From the NCBI GenBank assembly GCA_964499705.1, contig CAZCME010000006.1:186001-237579 (forward strand): DNA of 51,579 nucleotides, in the 5' to 3' direction. The notes under the pieces are model-generated. The model worked only from the letters and a program-made list of their open reading frames with translations. It searched no databases and had not been told where the DNA came from. Made by a program: the position numbers and the translations under genes. The number at the start of each line of letters is the position of its first letter. Position 1 is the first letter of the stretch. The stretch comes from an uncultured bacterium (GTDB lineage Bacteria; UBA8481). This document shows, piece after piece, positions 9,637-19,312 of the stretch.

Positions 9637-10949
9637 TGTTCGAATCTCTCTCCACCCGCCTCAACAAGACATTTCGCGACCTGGCGGGCTTCGGCAAGAT
9701 CACGCCGGAGAATATCGAGCCGGCTCTGAAGGAGATCCGCGTCGCTCTCCTGGAAGCCGACGTCCACTTCAAGGTCGTGAAGAGTTTTCTCGACGCGGTG
9801 AAAGCCCGGGCGATCGGCGCGGAAGTGCTGCAGTCGATCACGCCGGCGGATCAATTCGTCAAGATCGTCCACGACGAACTCGCGAGGACGCTCGGCGCGG
9901 CCGATCCAGCGCCCCGGCTCAACACGGCGGAAAAACCTCCCACGAAAATCCTGCTCTGCGGCCTGCAGGGCGCCGGAAAAACGACGGCCGCCTCCAAGCT
10001 CGTCAAGTTTCTCGGCGACACGACGCTCGTCGCCCTGGACCTGAAACGCCCGGCGGCCATCGAGCAATTGCGCGTGCTCGCCGAAAAGACAGGCGCGCCC
10101 TTCATACCGCCGTCCCATCTCGATGACGCCGTCGCTTCCGCCCGGTCGGCACTGGCGGCGACGACGACGAAGCATGTCGTCTTCGACACCGCCGGAAGGC
10201 TCCAGATCGACTCCGGGCTCATGGCGGAGCTGAAATCGGTGCATGCCGCGGTGAATCCGGACGAGACCGTGCTCGTGCTGGACGCGATGACCGGGCAGGA
10301 AGCGGTGAAGGTCGCCGACGCGTTCCACAAGGAGATTCCCCTCACGGCGATTCTCCTGTCCAAGACCGACGGCGATGCGCGGGGAGGCGCGGCTCTGTCG
10401 GTGCGGTTCGTGACCGGCGTGCCGATCAAGTGGATCGGCACCGGCGAGGGACCCGGCGCCTTCGAGGCGTTTCATCCCGAGCGATTCGCGGGCCGGATTC
10501 TCGGGATGGGCGATGTCGTTTCGCTGGTGGAGCGCGCCGCGCGGACGACGGACATGGAAAAGGCCGAGAAGATGGCCCGGAGGATCTTCGACGGCCAGCT
10601 CGACCTGGAGATGTTCCTGGACCAGATCCGCGAGATGCGGAAGATGGGGCCGATGGCGGAACTTTTCTCCATGATCCCCGGAGCGCAGGCGCTGGGAGCC
10701 CAGGCCGTGCCGTCGGAACGGGACGTCTCGCGCTTCGAGGCGATCATCCTGTCGATGACCGCTACGGAGCGCAGGAATCCTGAAGTCATCAACAACAGGA
10801 GGCGCGAGCGCATTGCGCAGGGATCGGGGACAACATCGGAGGATGTTCACCGGATGCTGAAGCAATTCCGGCAGGCGCGCCAGATGATCTCCGCCATGAC
10901 GAGCGGCGGCAAGAAAGGCAAGGCGCTGCGGCAGATGATGGGGATGTGA
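9636..10949 (+). CDS. ffh: Signal recognition particle protein
   Basis: MFESLS start, ALLEADV, GLQGAGKTT, DTAGRL, DGDARGGAALS, RILGMGDV, Met-rich M domain. Confidence 0.98.
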   Translation: MFESLSTRLNKTFRDLAGFGKITPENIEPALKEIRVALLEADVHFKVVKSFLDAVKARAIGAEVLQSITPADQFVKIVHDELARTLGAADPAPRLNTAEKPPTKILLCGLQGAGKTTAASKLVKFLGDTTLVALDLKRPAAIEQLRVLAEKTGAPFIPPSHLDDAVASARSALAATTTKHVVFDTAGRLQIDSGLMAELKSVHAAVNPDETVLVLDAMTGQEAVKVADAFHKEIPLTAILLSKTDGDARGGAALSVRFVTGVPIKWIGTGEGPGAFEAFHPERFAGRILGMGDVVSLVERAARTTDMEKAEKMARRIFDGQLDLEMFLDQIREMRKMGPMAELFSMIPGAQALGAQAVPSERDVSRFEAIILSMTATERRNPEVINNRRRERIAQGSGTTSEDVHRMLKQFRQARQMISAMTSGGKKGKALRQMMGM

Positions 10950-10985
10950 AAAGCGGGATGAACGAAATCTTAAGGAGGAAGTGAG

Positions 10986-11300
10986 ATGTCAGTCAAAGTC
11001 AGGTTGAAGCGTGTCGGCGCGAAGAAGCGGCCGATGTACAGGATCGTGGTCGCCGATTCACGGGCGCCGCGCGACGGGAAAAATATCGAGACGATCGGTC
11101 ATTTCAATCCGATGGTGCAGCCGCCGGAACTGAAGATTAACGAGGATCGCCTTGCGGACTGGGTGAAGCGCGGAGCGCAGATGACTCCGACAGTGAAGGG
11201 ATTGCTGAGCCGAACACGCAGGAGTTCCGCGGGACGCGAAGCCGCGCCGGCGACGGTCGCGGCGCGCGCGAAGGCGCCCGCGTCGGAAGCGAGCGCGTGA
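10986..11300 (+). CDS. rpsP: 30S ribosomal protein S16
   Basis: [39 protein letters not shown] upstream. Confidence 0.98.
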   Translation: MSVKVRLKRVGAKKRPMYRIVVADSRAPRDGKNIETIGHFNPMVQPPELKINEDRLADWVKRGAQMTPTVKGLLSRTRRSSAGREAAPATVAARAKAPASEASA

Positions 11301-11536
11301 CCATGCGGGAATTGATCGAATATGTCGCGCGGGAGCTGGTCGAGAAACCGTCCGCGGTGAAAATACGCGAGATCAAGGGGGCGAAAGCGACGATCTACGA
11401 ACTCTCCTGCGCGCCCGACGACATGGGACGCATCATCGGAAAGGACGGCCGCATCGTCAAATCGCTCCGGATCCTCCTGAAGGCCATCGCCGCCAAGAAC
11501 GAAGGGCAGAATGTCGAGCTCGAAATCATCGACTGA
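11297..11536 (+). CDS. khpA: KH-domain RNA-binding protein
   Basis: [11 protein letters not shown] (GxxG KH motif); canonical position after rpsP. Confidence 0.93.
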   Translation: MTMRELIEYVARELVEKPSAVKIREIKGAKATIYELSCAPDDMGRIIGKDGRIVKSLRILLKAIAAKNEGQNVELEIID

Positions 11537-12059
11537 AGAATCCGGCGACGAATCGGCCCGGGACGAATCCGTCACGCTCGCTCGCCTGGGACGGCCCAAG
11601 GGCTTGCGAGGCGAGATCTGGCTCCATGTCAACACGGACAGGGCTCGATCCGTCCTCGGTCCGGGCACGTACGTGCTCCAGAGCGGCCGCAGCGTTCGCG
11701 TCGAAGAGCTGAAAGAGCAGAACGGCCGCTGGCTCTGGACGATCGCCGGCTTGAGCCGCGAGGAGATGGCCGCGCTCGTGAATGACCGCATCGTCGTGGC
11801 CGCCCGGGATCTGCCGCCGCGGCCGGACGGGGAGTACGGCGAGCACGAAATCATCGGCCTGACGGTCGTGGATTCGGACGGAAGGACGCGGGGAAGAATC
11901 GCGCGGATCGACCACCGGTACGAGATCGACACGTGGATCGTCGCATGCGGGAACGGCCGGGAAGGCGAGATCGCCGCGGTCGCCGAATTCGTGAAGAAGG
12001 TCGATCTCGAAAGCGGCATCGTGACCGTCGATTCCGGCGCGATACTCGAGGAAGAATAG
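11511..12059 (+). CDS. rimM: Ribosome maturation factor RimM
   Basis: ARLGRPKGLRGE, LPPRPDGEY..EIIGLTV PRC barrel; synteny. Confidence 0.9.
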   Translation: MSSSKSSTEESGDESARDESVTLARLGRPKGLRGEIWLHVNTDRARSVLGPGTYVLQSGRSVRVEELKEQNGRWLWTIAGLSREEMAALVNDRIVVAARDLPPRPDGEYGEHEIIGLTVVDSDGRTRGRIARIDHRYEIDTWIVACGNGREGEIAAVAEFVKKVDLESGIVTVDSGAILEEE

Positions 12060-12062
12060 TTC

Positions 12063-12734
12063 ATGCTGGGATTCGATATCATCGCGACCGTGCCGGAAAT
12101 CTTCGACGGCTTCCGAACCGCATCGCTGCTCGGCAAGGCCGTCGAAAAGAACATCATCGCGCTGCGCGTCCATGATCTCCGGGACTTCGCGACCGACAAG
12201 CATCATATGATCGACGATCGCCCCTACGGCGGCGGACCCGGCATGGTGCTGAAGCCCGAGCCGCTCTTTCTGGCCATAGAAGCGGTGCGCCGCCCGGATA
12301 TCCCATCCCGACTCGTGGTGACGGCTCCGCGCGGCAAACGATTCACTCAAGCCCGCGCGGGCGAAATCGCCGCATGGAACGAATCGTCGCCCGAGACGCA
12401 GCTGATCCTCGTCTGCGGCCGGTATGAAGGGATCGACGAACGTGTCATGGAGCATTTCCGGCCGGAAGAAATTTCCATCGGCGACTACGTCATCAACGGC
12501 GGGGAAGTCGCCTGCATGGTGATCGTGGAAGCCGTCGCCAGGCTCGTCCGGGGATTCATGGGCAACGAGGAATCCGCGCTCGACGAAAGCTTCACCCGGG
12601 ACAAGCTGGAATACCCCCATTACACCCGCCCCGCTGAATTCCGGGGCCACGCCGTCCCCGACGTTCTCGTCTCCGGCCATCACGCCGAGATCGAAATATG
12701 GAGACGAAACCGCTCGGGAGCCGCGCGGAAATAA
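12063..12734 (+). CDS. trmD: tRNA (guanine37-N1)-methyltransferase
   Basis: DDRPYGGGPGMV, CGRYEGIDER, SIGDYV, ESF..LEYPHYTRP, SGHH. Confidence 0.98.
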   Translation: MLGFDIIATVPEIFDGFRTASLLGKAVEKNIIALRVHDLRDFATDKHHMIDDRPYGGGPGMVLKPEPLFLAIEAVRRPDIPSRLVVTAPRGKRFTQARAGEIAAWNESSPETQLILVCGRYEGIDERVMEHFRPEEISIGDYVINGGEVACMVIVEAVARLVRGFMGNEESALDESFTRDKLEYPHYTRPAEFRGHAVPDVLVSGHHAEIEIWRRNRSGAARK

Positions 12735-12755
12735 CGCGGGCCCCGTCCTCCCCGG

Positions 12756-13886
12756 TCACGAGCATTTCTCCGCGATGGAGCGGACCGTCTCGATGATCCG
12801 CGTCACTTCATCCTCCGAAAGATACGGCGTCAGCGGAATCGAAAATGTGGTGTCCGAGATCGCTTCCGCGGCGGGATGATCGCCGCGTTTCGCGCCCAGC
12901 AACTTTCGATAGAACGGCTGGAGGTGGAGCGCGGTGAAGTGAACGCCGCATCCGATGCCGGCGGCCTGCATCAGTTCGATGATCCTGTCGCGATGGGGCG
13001 ACCGCATGGTGTAGAGATGGCGCGCGTGAACGCAATCCGCCGGCACCGGCGGCGGCAGACGCAGAGGCAGGTCACGAAACGCATCGTCGTAGCGTTTCCA
13101 GATGATGACGCGCCGTTCGAGATGAGCGCCCAAGCGCTTCAACTGGCCGATACCGAGCGCGGCGTTGATGTCGGACATGTTGAATTTATAACCCGCATCG
13201 AGAACCTCGTATTGCCGAAACCCCTTCTCGGAGTAGCGTTCGAACGCGGCGCTGCTCATCCCATGGAGCGAAAGCATCGACATTCTCTCGAACAGTTCCG
13301 CGGAATCGGTGACGACCATGCCGCCTTCTCCCACGGAAAGATTCTTCGTCGCATAGAACGAGAACGAGGATACCAGGGCTTCCCCCCCCACGTGCGCCCC
13401 TCCCCTTCGCGCTTCCGTAGCATGCGCGCAATCGCCCACGACGGAGATCCTCCGCGTCCGTGCCAGCTCGATGATGCTCCTCGAAACAGGAACGCCGTAC
13501 AGATGAACGGGAATGACGGCCTTCGTCCGGGGTGTCACGACCCGGTCGAAAGCTTCCGGATCCAGCAGCCCGGACTCCTCGATCACATCCGCAAAAACCG
13601 GTTTCGCGCCGCAGTGGACGACCACGTTGGCCGTGGCCGCGAACGTCAGGGGCGGGACCACGACCTCGTCTCCGGGGCCGACGCCCAGGGCTTTCAGCGC
13701 CAGGAACAGGCCGGCGGTGCAGGAGGAAAGCGCAAGCGCGTGCCGGGATCCCGTGTAGTCCGCGAAGAGCTTCTGAAATTCGAGGGTGCGGGAGGCGGTG
13801 GTGATCCAGCCGGAGCGGAGCACGTCAGCCACGGCCGCGATTTCCTCCTCGTCAAATCGAGGACGCGAGAAAGAGATGAACGTCAC
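12756..13886 (-). CDS. DegT/DnrJ/EryC1/StrS family PLP-dependent sugar aminotransferase
   Basis: SGWIT, SSCTAGL, DCAHA, FSFYATKNL (PLP Lys), GEGGM, GYKFNMSD. Confidence 0.95.
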   Translation of the reverse strand: MTFISFSRPRFDEEEIAAVADVLRSGWITTASRTLEFQKLFADYTGSRHALALSSCTAGLFLALKALGVGPGDEVVVPPLTFAATANVVVHCGAKPVFADVIEESGLLDPEAFDRVVTPRTKAVIPVHLYGVPVSRSIIELARTRRISVVGDCAHATEARRGGAHVGGEALVSSFSFYATKNLSVGEGGMVVTDSAELFERMSMLSLHGMSSAAFERYSEKGFRQYEVLDAGYKFNMSDINAALGIGQLKRLGAHLERRVIIWKRYDDAFRDLPLRLPPPVPADCVHARHLYTMRSPHRDRIIELMQAAGIGCGVHFTALHLQPFYRKLLGAKRGDHPAAEAISDTTFSIPLTPYLSEDEVTRIIETVRSIAEKCS

Positions 13887-13996
13887 GGCCGATCTCCTGA
13901 AGATGCTCTATGAACCGCCAGGAACATGGACAAGAGCATACGGGAAGCGCGGAAGATCTTCCATACCGCCGGATCGGGCGAGGATCCGATTTAACC

Positions 13997-14025
13997 TTGA
14001 CATGCCCGTGACGTCTCCCCATAAT
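13997..14025 (+). promoter_or_regulatory. Near-consensus sigma70 promoter for rplS
   Basis: TTGACA(13997)-17 bp-CATAAT(14020); SD AGGAG at 14041. Confidence 0.85.
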
Positions 14026-14052
14026 AGACGCTCTTTTTGAAGGAGTGGTATC

Positions 14053-14499
14053 GTGGCGAAGAAAATGACAATCGAAGACATCGAATCGGCCGACCTGAAG
14101 AAGAACGTGCCGTCTTTCCGCGCGGGCGATTCCGTCCGTGTTCATACGAAGGTGAAGGAAGGAAATCGGGAACGCATCCAGATTTTCGACGGCGTTGTGA
14201 TCCAGCGAAAGAATTCCGGGCTCCGCGAGAACTTCACGGTCAGGAAGATTTCCTTCGGCGTCGGCGTCGAGCGCATCTTTCCGATCCACTCGCCGCTCGT
14301 CGAGAAAATCGAAGTGGTCCGCCAGGGAAAGGTCCGCCAGTCGCGGATCCTTTACATGCGCGGACGCAGCGGCAAGAGCTCCAGGTTGAAGGAGCGCGAT
14401 GCATACCGCGCCACGGAGCAGGGCGCCTCCGCGATCTCCGAGACGAACGAAGCGGCCGCATCATCGGCCCCGGCGCTCGAATCCCCTCAGGAAGCCTGA
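14053..14499 (+). CDS. rplS: 50S ribosomal protein L19
   Basis: [43 protein letters not shown]; Ala/Glu-rich C-terminal extension. Confidence 0.98.
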   Translation: MAKKMTIEDIESADLKKNVPSFRAGDSVRVHTKVKEGNRERIQIFDGVVIQRKNSGLRENFTVRKISFGVGVERIFPIHSPLVEKIEVVRQGKVRQSRILYMRGRSGKSSRLKERDAYRATEQGASAISETNEAAASSAPALESPQEA

Positions 14500-14538
14500 C
14501 ACGCTCCAACCGGTCGCGCCTGTCGTGCACCGCGCCCC

Positions 14539-16077
14539 GTGAAATCCTCCTCTCCCCAGGTTACCGCCCGACTGCTGGCGGCCACCGTCAAGCTCGCGGT
14601 CGAGGAGGTCGATCGCGCCACCATCGCGAAGCGACTGAGCGTCGGCTCCACTCTCGGCGCCCGCATCCTCGAATCGCTCGGCGCCCATAAATACATCGTC
14701 GGATTCGCCGGTATGAAGATGGTCGCCGAATCCTCCGCAGAATTGCCTGTCGGGTCCCGGATCGGCGTCCAGGTTTCCTCTCTCGAGCCGAAAATCCATC
14801 TCCGCATTCTCCCTTCGGACAAGGAGGGCATGAACCATATCCTTGCGAAAATGGGTTTCGAAAAGCCGTCGGACGAGATGCGCGCCGCGGTCTCGGAACT
14901 GATGAATCGCGGTGAGCCGATCGAGAGGGAGACCGTTCGGCGGGCGGCCGACCTGATGAAGCGTGGAGTGCCTCCGCGCGAAGCGGCGCTGCTGGCCACG
15001 AGCGAACTGCCCGCGACGGAACGGGTGGTCGAAGTGGCGAAAGCGGCGACCGGCTCCGTGGCGGATGCGCTGGCGCGGGTCACGACCGCCCTGGAGGCGC
15101 GCGGCCGGGAGAAATTAGCGGCGGAGATCCGGGAGTCGCTGAGTTTTCGAGGAGACATCGGGGCGCTCTTTTCCGAACACCCCCTTCGCCAGGAACGCCG
15201 GCTCCTCGCGGGACCGGGTAAACAGGAACTGACCGCCGTGCTCCAGGAACTTATCAGGGCCGCGGATGCGGCGGACACTCGCCCCCCCTGGTCGGGCGCC
15301 GCCGCGGAGCTCATCGCGCTGCTGCAGGGATCCGACATCGAACTGGAGCAGCTTCTGCTCCCCCGGCTTAAAGTGAAATCGCTCGCCTCCTTCCTCGGAG
15401 AAACCGCGAAGCAACTTGAGGCCAGAGCAGAGCGGGGCGATCGGGATGGCGGCGCGATCGCGCGACAACTTGGAGAGCTCCTGAAGGGATTGGAGGATTC
15501 TCCCTTACCCGACGAATCCAGAATGTTGATGACCTCCTCGCGGCGCGACGCGAAAGGGCTTCTCCTGGAACTCGCCGGCCTGGGCACTTCTTCCGCCGCT
15601 GACAAGCCTGACCGCGACCGGGCGCGTGCCACGGAAACGGCGCCGGCGGATTCGGCGAGAATGGCCGATGACGAAGTAGCCGATGCCGCGAGAAATCTCG
15701 TAAATACGCTCGAAGCTCATTACCTGCTCGGCGATCCCCGGGCTCACATACCGTTCGTCGTCGAAGACGATGGATTAAGAGACGCTTCGATATCCGCGCA
15801 AAGGTTCCGGGGCCGGACGCACGTTCGATTCAGTCTCATGACGTCAGCGCTGGGAGAAGTCGTGGGAGTAGTGGACCTGGAAAAAAAGGCCGTCGGGATT
15901 TCCATCGGCGTTCAGCAGGCCGCCGCCCGTAAAAATCTCCTGGCGGCCGCTCCGGCCCTGGAGACAGGATTGAGAGCCCTCGGATTGCGGGTGGATGCTC
16001 TGTCGGTGGATGTCATCGGCGATTCCGCAAGGCCCGCCGCCGTCACAACCCTTAAGGGATTGGATCTGAAAGTATGA
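14539..16077 (+). CDS. YlqG-like protein with a C-terminal FliK (hook-length control)-like domain
   Basis: C-terminal VRFSLMTSALGEV...LETGLRALGL...LDLKV typical of FliK-C; overlaps the next gene (ATGA). Start uncertain. Confidence 0.65.
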   Translation: MKSSSPQVTARLLAATVKLAVEEVDRATIAKRLSVGSTLGARILESLGAHKYIVGFAGMKMVAESSAELPVGSRIGVQVSSLEPKIHLRILPSDKEGMNHILAKMGFEKPSDEMRAAVSELMNRGEPIERETVRRAADLMKRGVPPREAALLATSELPATERVVEVAKAATGSVADALARVTTALEARGREKLAAEIRESLSFRGDIGALFSEHPLRQERRLLAGPGKQELTAVLQELIRAADAADTRPPWSGAAAELIALLQGSDIELEQLLLPRLKVKSLASFLGETAKQLEARAERGDRDGGAIARQLGELLKGLEDSPLPDESRMLMTSSRRDAKGLLLELAGLGTSSAADKPDRDRARATETAPADSARMADDEVADAARNLVNTLEAHYLLGDPRAHIPFVVEDDGLRDASISAQRFRGRTHVRFSLMTSALGEVVGVVDLEKKAVGISIGVQQAAARKNLLAAAPALETGLRALGLRVDALSVDVIGDSARPAAVTTLKGLDLKV

Positions 16078-16355
16078 GCGCTAAACAAGCTATAGCAGTG
16101 CGTTACGATTCCACTAAGGAGACCGCGCCACGCGTCGTGGCAAAGGGCCGAGGGCATATCGCGGAAAAAATCCTGGAGATCGCCCGCACAAACAATGTGC
16201 CTGTTCATGAGGATCGGGAGCTTGTGGAGATGTTGACTCTTGTGGAACTTTTCGATGAAATACCGCCGGAATTGTATACGGCAGTCGCGGAAGTCCTTGT
16301 TTGGGTGTATAAAGTAAATAACGAAAATAAATCAGGAGGGGGAATTTCATCATGA
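16074..16355 (+). CDS. Stand-alone FlhB/EscU cytoplasmic-domain protein (YlqH-like)
   Basis: AIAVRYD..APRVVAKGRG..AEKILEIA..VPV..EIPPELYTAVAEVL. Confidence 0.9.
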   Translation: MSAKQAIAVRYDSTKETAPRVVAKGRGHIAEKILEIARTNNVPVHEDRELVEMLTLVELFDEIPPELYTAVAEVLVWVYKVNNENKSGGGISS

Positions 16356-17638
16356 ACAAAGTCCTTGGAATACTTGCATGCGTTATACTCAGCGCATCCG
16401 CACAGGCATGGGCGGCCGCAAACACGGGAGCACCGCGTTCCTATTATTTCGAGGAGACGGCGCGCATGGCGGAGCTTCGAGGCGACAGGGAAGCCGCGTC
16501 GATGCTGAGGGCGCTGGGTCATGGAGCTGCGACCCCTCCACCGGAGCTGTCTTCCTCGGCCGTCTCGGACAATCCGGATTACGCTTCCGAATACACGTCT
16601 CTCAGGCTCCGCATTCGCCAGGCCATTCTCTCGCCGGCGCACGCGCCGGAACATCAGTGGCGCGTCGATCGCGCCGAAGCGGACCTGCATCTGGTCGCGC
16701 ACGAGCTCGAAAAAGGCCACCGCGCATCCAGCGCATTCCTGCAGAAGCTGCTGACGGACGCCTCCTGGGCCCTCGACCATCAGATCGTGCCCCTGGGCGC
16801 CGACGTCGTCATCGTGCCGGCGCCGACGGCCTGGATCCAGGCCGATCCGTCCCACGTGCAGGTGGGCAGATCGAGCGTCGTCACATGGGGAACGTCGAAC
16901 GCAACCGTCGCGATGCTGAACGGCGAAGCGACCGACCTGGCGGGATCGAAAACGGTCTTTCCCACCGAACCGATGCGATTCGATCTTGTCGCCACGGGCC
17001 CGGGCGGGAAAGCGACGGCATTCGCGACGATCACCATCTACCATCCCGCTCCGACCGCGCAGATCGAAGTTCGACCCAGCGTCATAGAAAAGGGTCAGTG
17101 CGCGACACTTTCCTGGAACTCGACGAATGCAACCACCGTCCAAATCAACGGTTATTCGGAATCTCTCTCCGGATCGCGCGAGGTTTGTCCCGACGCCACG
17201 ACGACGTACGACATGACGGCGAAAGGGCCCGGCGGCGAGGCGGCGGCCTCGGCCGTACTGACGGTCATCAGGAGAACGGAACCCCGGCGCTATCGGATTC
17301 ATTTCGATTTCGACGAGTCGGTGATCCGGCCAGACGCCGTCGATACGATGACGGCCGTGGCGAGGCTCCTGCGCAATAACCCGGAAATGAGGATGACTGT
17401 GGAAGGACACTGCGACTGGATGGGAACGGATGAATACAATATCGACCTGGGCATGCGGCGCGCCGAATCCGTGCGCGATTATTTCGTGGAGCGCTTCGGC
17501 ATGTCGCCCACGATTTTCGACCTCGTCACCAAGGGGGAGCGGGAACCGATCGCGCCCAACGCGCATCCCGACGGTTCGGACGATCCCGAGGGCCGCCAGA
17601 TGAACAGGCGCGCGGAATTTGTGGAGATCATTCAATGA
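16352..17638 (+). CDS. OmpA-family peptidoglycan-binding protein with two Ig-like repeats
   Basis: Signal peptide; two repeats (..VTWGTSNAT..LVATGPGG / ..LSWNSTNAT..MTAKGPGG); C-terminal IHFDFD, VEGHCD, YNIDLGMRRA, NRRAE. Confidence 0.9.
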   Translation: MNKVLGILACVILSASAQAWAAANTGAPRSYYFEETARMAELRGDREAASMLRALGHGAATPPPELSSSAVSDNPDYASEYTSLRLRIRQAILSPAHAPEHQWRVDRAEADLHLVAHELEKGHRASSAFLQKLLTDASWALDHQIVPLGADVVIVPAPTAWIQADPSHVQVGRSSVVTWGTSNATVAMLNGEATDLAGSKTVFPTEPMRFDLVATGPGGKATAFATITIYHPAPTAQIEVRPSVIEKGQCATLSWNSTNATTVQINGYSESLSGSREVCPDATTTYDMTAKGPGGEAAASAVLTVIRRTEPRRYRIHFDFDESVIRPDAVDTMTAVARLLRNNPEMRMTVEGHCDWMGTDEYNIDLGMRRAESVRDYFVERFGMSPTIFDLVTKGEREPIAPNAHPDGSDDPEGRQMNRRAEFVEIIQ

Positions 17639-18588
17639 CAACATCGACTTTGAAAAGTGCTCTATCTCGGCTGACCCTCGGATTGCTGCTGGCCTTCACA
17701 CCGGCTCCCGCCCTCGCGCAGGCCATCCTCGTGGAAAATGCTCCTCCCGCCCGATTGGCTTTCGTAACCGGCAACGACCTCATCATGCTGGAGGCCGGAT
17801 CCAGGGAGGCCCGCCGGGTCTCCAGTAAAACCTGGATCAGTCCGTCATCGCCCCGTTTTCTGGATTCCACCGGCGACACGCTGCTCTTCTCCGCTCACAA
17901 GCGTGAACGATTCGGACCGGAGCGCGGGGAAATCAACATCGACAAGTCCGATCTCTTCTTCATGACCGACACGGATAACTTCATTCCTCTCACCGACGCA
18001 GGAGACCTGTCCATCGCTCCGGATGCCGTCCGCGGCGGAAAGGACATCGTCTTCGTCGCCAACCGACATGCCCGCCTGAGGGCCTTGATGCCCCGAACCA
18101 GCACCATGGAGCTTTATCTCATTTCGACGCCGTGGAAAATGCCGGAACGCCTGACGCATGACGGGGGCTCGAAATACAATCCGCGCTGGTCTCCCGACGG
18201 CGCCCGGGTCGCTTATCTCTGGCTGAACAAGGACTCGACCGGAATCTATGTGCTCGATGTCGCGAAGAAAGACACCATGCCGCGACGTATCTCCAGTTCG
18301 GGCGATTATCCGACGTGGAGCCCGGACGGAACTTCGATCGCATTCGCCTCGCGCGGAAAGCTCTATTCTGTCGTCGCGGACGGAGAGGGACCGCAACCGA
18401 AACTGCTCATGGCGAAGGACTATCGAGGCTACGCGTCCTTTCCGAGATGGACAAGACACGGGATTCTCTTTCAGTGGGCGCGCGATACCAAGCAGGGACT
18501 CGCGCTCCTCGATCCCGGATCCGGAAGAATCTCCGTCCTTGTTTCGGGAGAAGGCGAATTCGGAGGAGCGGACCTGGCGGATCAATGA
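17635..18588 (+). CDS. TolB-like beta-propeller (PD40 repeats)
   Basis: Signal peptide; NPRWSPDGARVAY, YPTWSPDGTSIAF. Confidence 0.85.
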   Translation: MTTSTLKSALSRLTLGLLLAFTPAPALAQAILVENAPPARLAFVTGNDLIMLEAGSREARRVSSKTWISPSSPRFLDSTGDTLLFSAHKRERFGPERGEINIDKSDLFFMTDTDNFIPLTDAGDLSIAPDAVRGGKDIVFVANRHARLRALMPRTSTMELYLISTPWKMPERLTHDGGSKYNPRWSPDGARVAYLWLNKDSTGIYVLDVAKKDTMPRRISSSGDYPTWSPDGTSIAFASRGKLYSVVADGEGPQPKLLMAKDYRGYASFPRWTRHGILFQWARDTKQGLALLDPGSGRISVLVSGEGEFGGADLADQ

Positions 18589-18606
18589 TGCGCCGGGCAC
18601 TTCCGA

Positions 18607-19281
18607 TCACGGACCCGGGCGTGTCAGCTTGAAACTTTCCGCCATCGCCGCATAGAGACGAGCGTGCTCCCGCGCGAGGGGATCATTGGCGTTATCTCCG
18701 TCGGCAAAGGAAAGCGTGATAATTCCGCGGGGGATTTCAGTCGCCAGCTGGATCTCCATGTGATCGAAGAGCATGATGACCGCGCGACTGCCGGACCGCC
18801 CCGCGAGCGCGATTGAGGATGTCTCGGTCACAAGATCATCGCCGCTGACATCCCGGACCCGCAAGGCGCGAGTCCAGGAATCGATCGTGAGCTTCTCCGG
18901 ATTGGACAGCACGCGCACTTGAAATTCGCCGGGCCAGATACCGCCGGACTGCTCCTGAAAGGTCACTTTCTGAAGTTCGCTCTCCAGGAGAATCGCTCCG
19001 CCCCATTCCGCGTTCGTATCGAGCCGAGTCACGGCCTCGACCAAGGTCCAATCTTCCGGATACCGAATCGAATAACCGAAGGAATCGTTGCGATATTCGC
19101 TTGCCAACCGCGGATGAATTCCTGTTTCGGCGAAGGAGTCTGAAAGCGATGCGGGCGAGGATTCCTGGACGGGAACAGGAGTTCGCGCCAGTGAACTGAT
19201 GATGCGGATGGAAAACATCAGACCAATGAGAACAGCGACGGCGGCGGCGACCTTGAAAATCCAGGCCCCTTCTCGTTTCAT
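18607..19281 (-). CDS. Membrane-anchored PsbP-like protein
   Basis: N-terminal TM; YRNDSFGYSIRYPEDW; C-terminal MAESFKL. Confidence 0.6.
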   Translation of the reverse strand: MKREGAWIFKVAAAVAVLIGLMFSIRIISSLARTPVPVQESSPASLSDSFAETGIHPRLASEYRNDSFGYSIRYPEDWTLVEAVTRLDTNAEWGGAILLESELQKVTFQEQSGGIWPGEFQVRVLSNPEKLTIDSWTRALRVRDVSGDDLVTETSSIALAGRSGSRAVIMLFDHMEIQLATEIPRGIITLSFADGDNANDPLAREHARLYAAMAESFKLTRPGP

Positions 19282-19312
19282 GACCGACCGATCAGGACCG
19301 GCTCAGTTCGGA

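Noticed and set aside
14539-16355. FliK-like and FlhB-like genes as evidence of a flagellar/T3SS cluster
   Set aside because: The FlhB-like ORF is only the ~93-aa cytoplasmic part; this pair commonly sits near rplS (ylqG/ylqH) with no export apparatus
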